From NCBI GenBank assembly GCA_964057225.1, contig OZ059900.1:13764001-13828000 (forward strand): DNA of 64,000 nt. The letters run 5' to 3'. Position numbers and translations under genes: made by a program. Shown here piece by piece: positions 59,101-64,000 of this stretch. Under the pieces are notes generated by a model. It was not told where the DNA came from. It did no database searches and was given only the letters and a program-made list of their open reading frames with translations. Position 1 is the stretch's first letter, and the number at the start of each line of letters is the position of its first letter. The stretch comes from Auanema rhodensis (Eukaryota > Animalia > Nematoda).

Positions 59101-60250
59101 AAGATCTAACTCCAGTTTTCATGCCTAACAATACTTTTAAAGAAAAGTAATTTGTTTTTTTACATTGAATAACCTATTCTCAATGTACAATTCCGAGCTA
59201 CAATTTGATTATTTTATCCACAACCACACTATCTAAAATCTGAAGAAACAACAAGCTCCAATTCACATCGCATTGCAAATATAGATTGTAGAGATTGTTG
59301 CTATTTTTTTGTTTTTCTTATCACTGATAATACTTTTTGTTTTTACTTTCACTTATTAGGTATTATTTGAATAAAATCAAAGAATCACTTCAATAATCAT
59401 TTACATATGTGAAATGAAATTTATAAAAATCTATCAATTCAAAAATGTTTTTAAATCCTCAAATATTAAAATATTATTCAAATAATTCTGATCATTATAG
59501 TTATCGAAACAATTCTAAATCAAAATATAAAAATAATAATAACTGATAAAATGTTTCTTTTCGAATATACATTGTTGGCGGTTTTTTTAGAACAGAAAAG
59601 ATTTATGTAGAAGCGTGCGTGCGTGCGTATATTCTCTGGTTCATAAAAACGCGCGCACAACTAACAAACAAACAAAAATCATCAATTCTTTCTTTTTCTT
59701 ATTGTTCCATTGGCCAAGCATAGCTATTGATTGTAGTGAAGACTAATTTTCACATTATTGCATGAGATTTGTCTGTTTATAATAAACTGGATGATGATAA
59801 TTATTTTTTTAAACATAGCTACTGCAAGGGAAAAACTATTTATTTCTGTTCTGCGCTTTATTGGTTATAATGTTTCGGAAGCCTGTTGAATTTATATAAA
59901 ATACGTGATGAGAAATTGCACTTTCAACATGATTGACCGAAAATTGTGTAGCTTTTTAACAAAATACATTGTGACGCTACCCTTATGCTATATATGATAT
60001 ATGATATATTTTTATTATTATTTATATCAGTATTATAGTTATTTTTTTAAAAAAATATGATTTATATTTTTTTCCTTTTATGTGAAGCCTGCACTCTGTG
60101 TTTAATGCTGTTTCACACAGTTTATAGAAGTCTAAGCATGATATGATCATCATATTGCCTCAAAAATGAATGTTTATTGTTTAATTATTTCGAATAATAA
60201 TTTGTTCAAAGAATCAACTATTTTATTATTTTATATTTAAAGGAAAAAAA

Positions 60251-64000
<3,750 letters not shown>

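Overview
Eukaryotic, AT-rich, gene-dense window from a nematode. Evidence: about 45-55 nt GT-AG introns, TTTCAG-type acceptors, and genes recognisable as C. elegans orthologues. The species cannot be determined from the sequence. Twelve intron-containing genes can be reconstructed. In order: the 3' end of AP-2 alpha-adaptin (apa-2), a small orphan, a ZP-C-like type I membrane protein, a nematode-type muscle/myofilin-like protein, the GPCR aex-2, non-muscle myosin nmy-1, the amyloid-precursor-like apl-1, TAF3, a degenerate RAB3GAP1-like gene, a Pro/Gln-rich protein with a Pygopus-type PHD finger, a DEG/ENaC channel, and the 5' part of a SEC14L1/real-time-like gene. Most recognisable orthologues are X-linked in C. 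elegans. The main unexplained element is a ~4.4 kb strand-asymmetric tandem array (34.17-38.6 kb) of about 45 monomers of 103/89 bp with several higher-order periods. It has minus-strand hairpins, a candidate upstream exon and a downstream AATAAA, so it may be a repeat-rich structured lncRNA or a chromosome-function satellite. Other oddities are a RAB3GAP1-like protein apparently missing its conserved core, a TAF3 intron that may hold both a terminator and a promoter, and a Pygopus-like PHD protein. Exon boundaries were read by eye and gene names come from recalled sequence similarity, not database searches.
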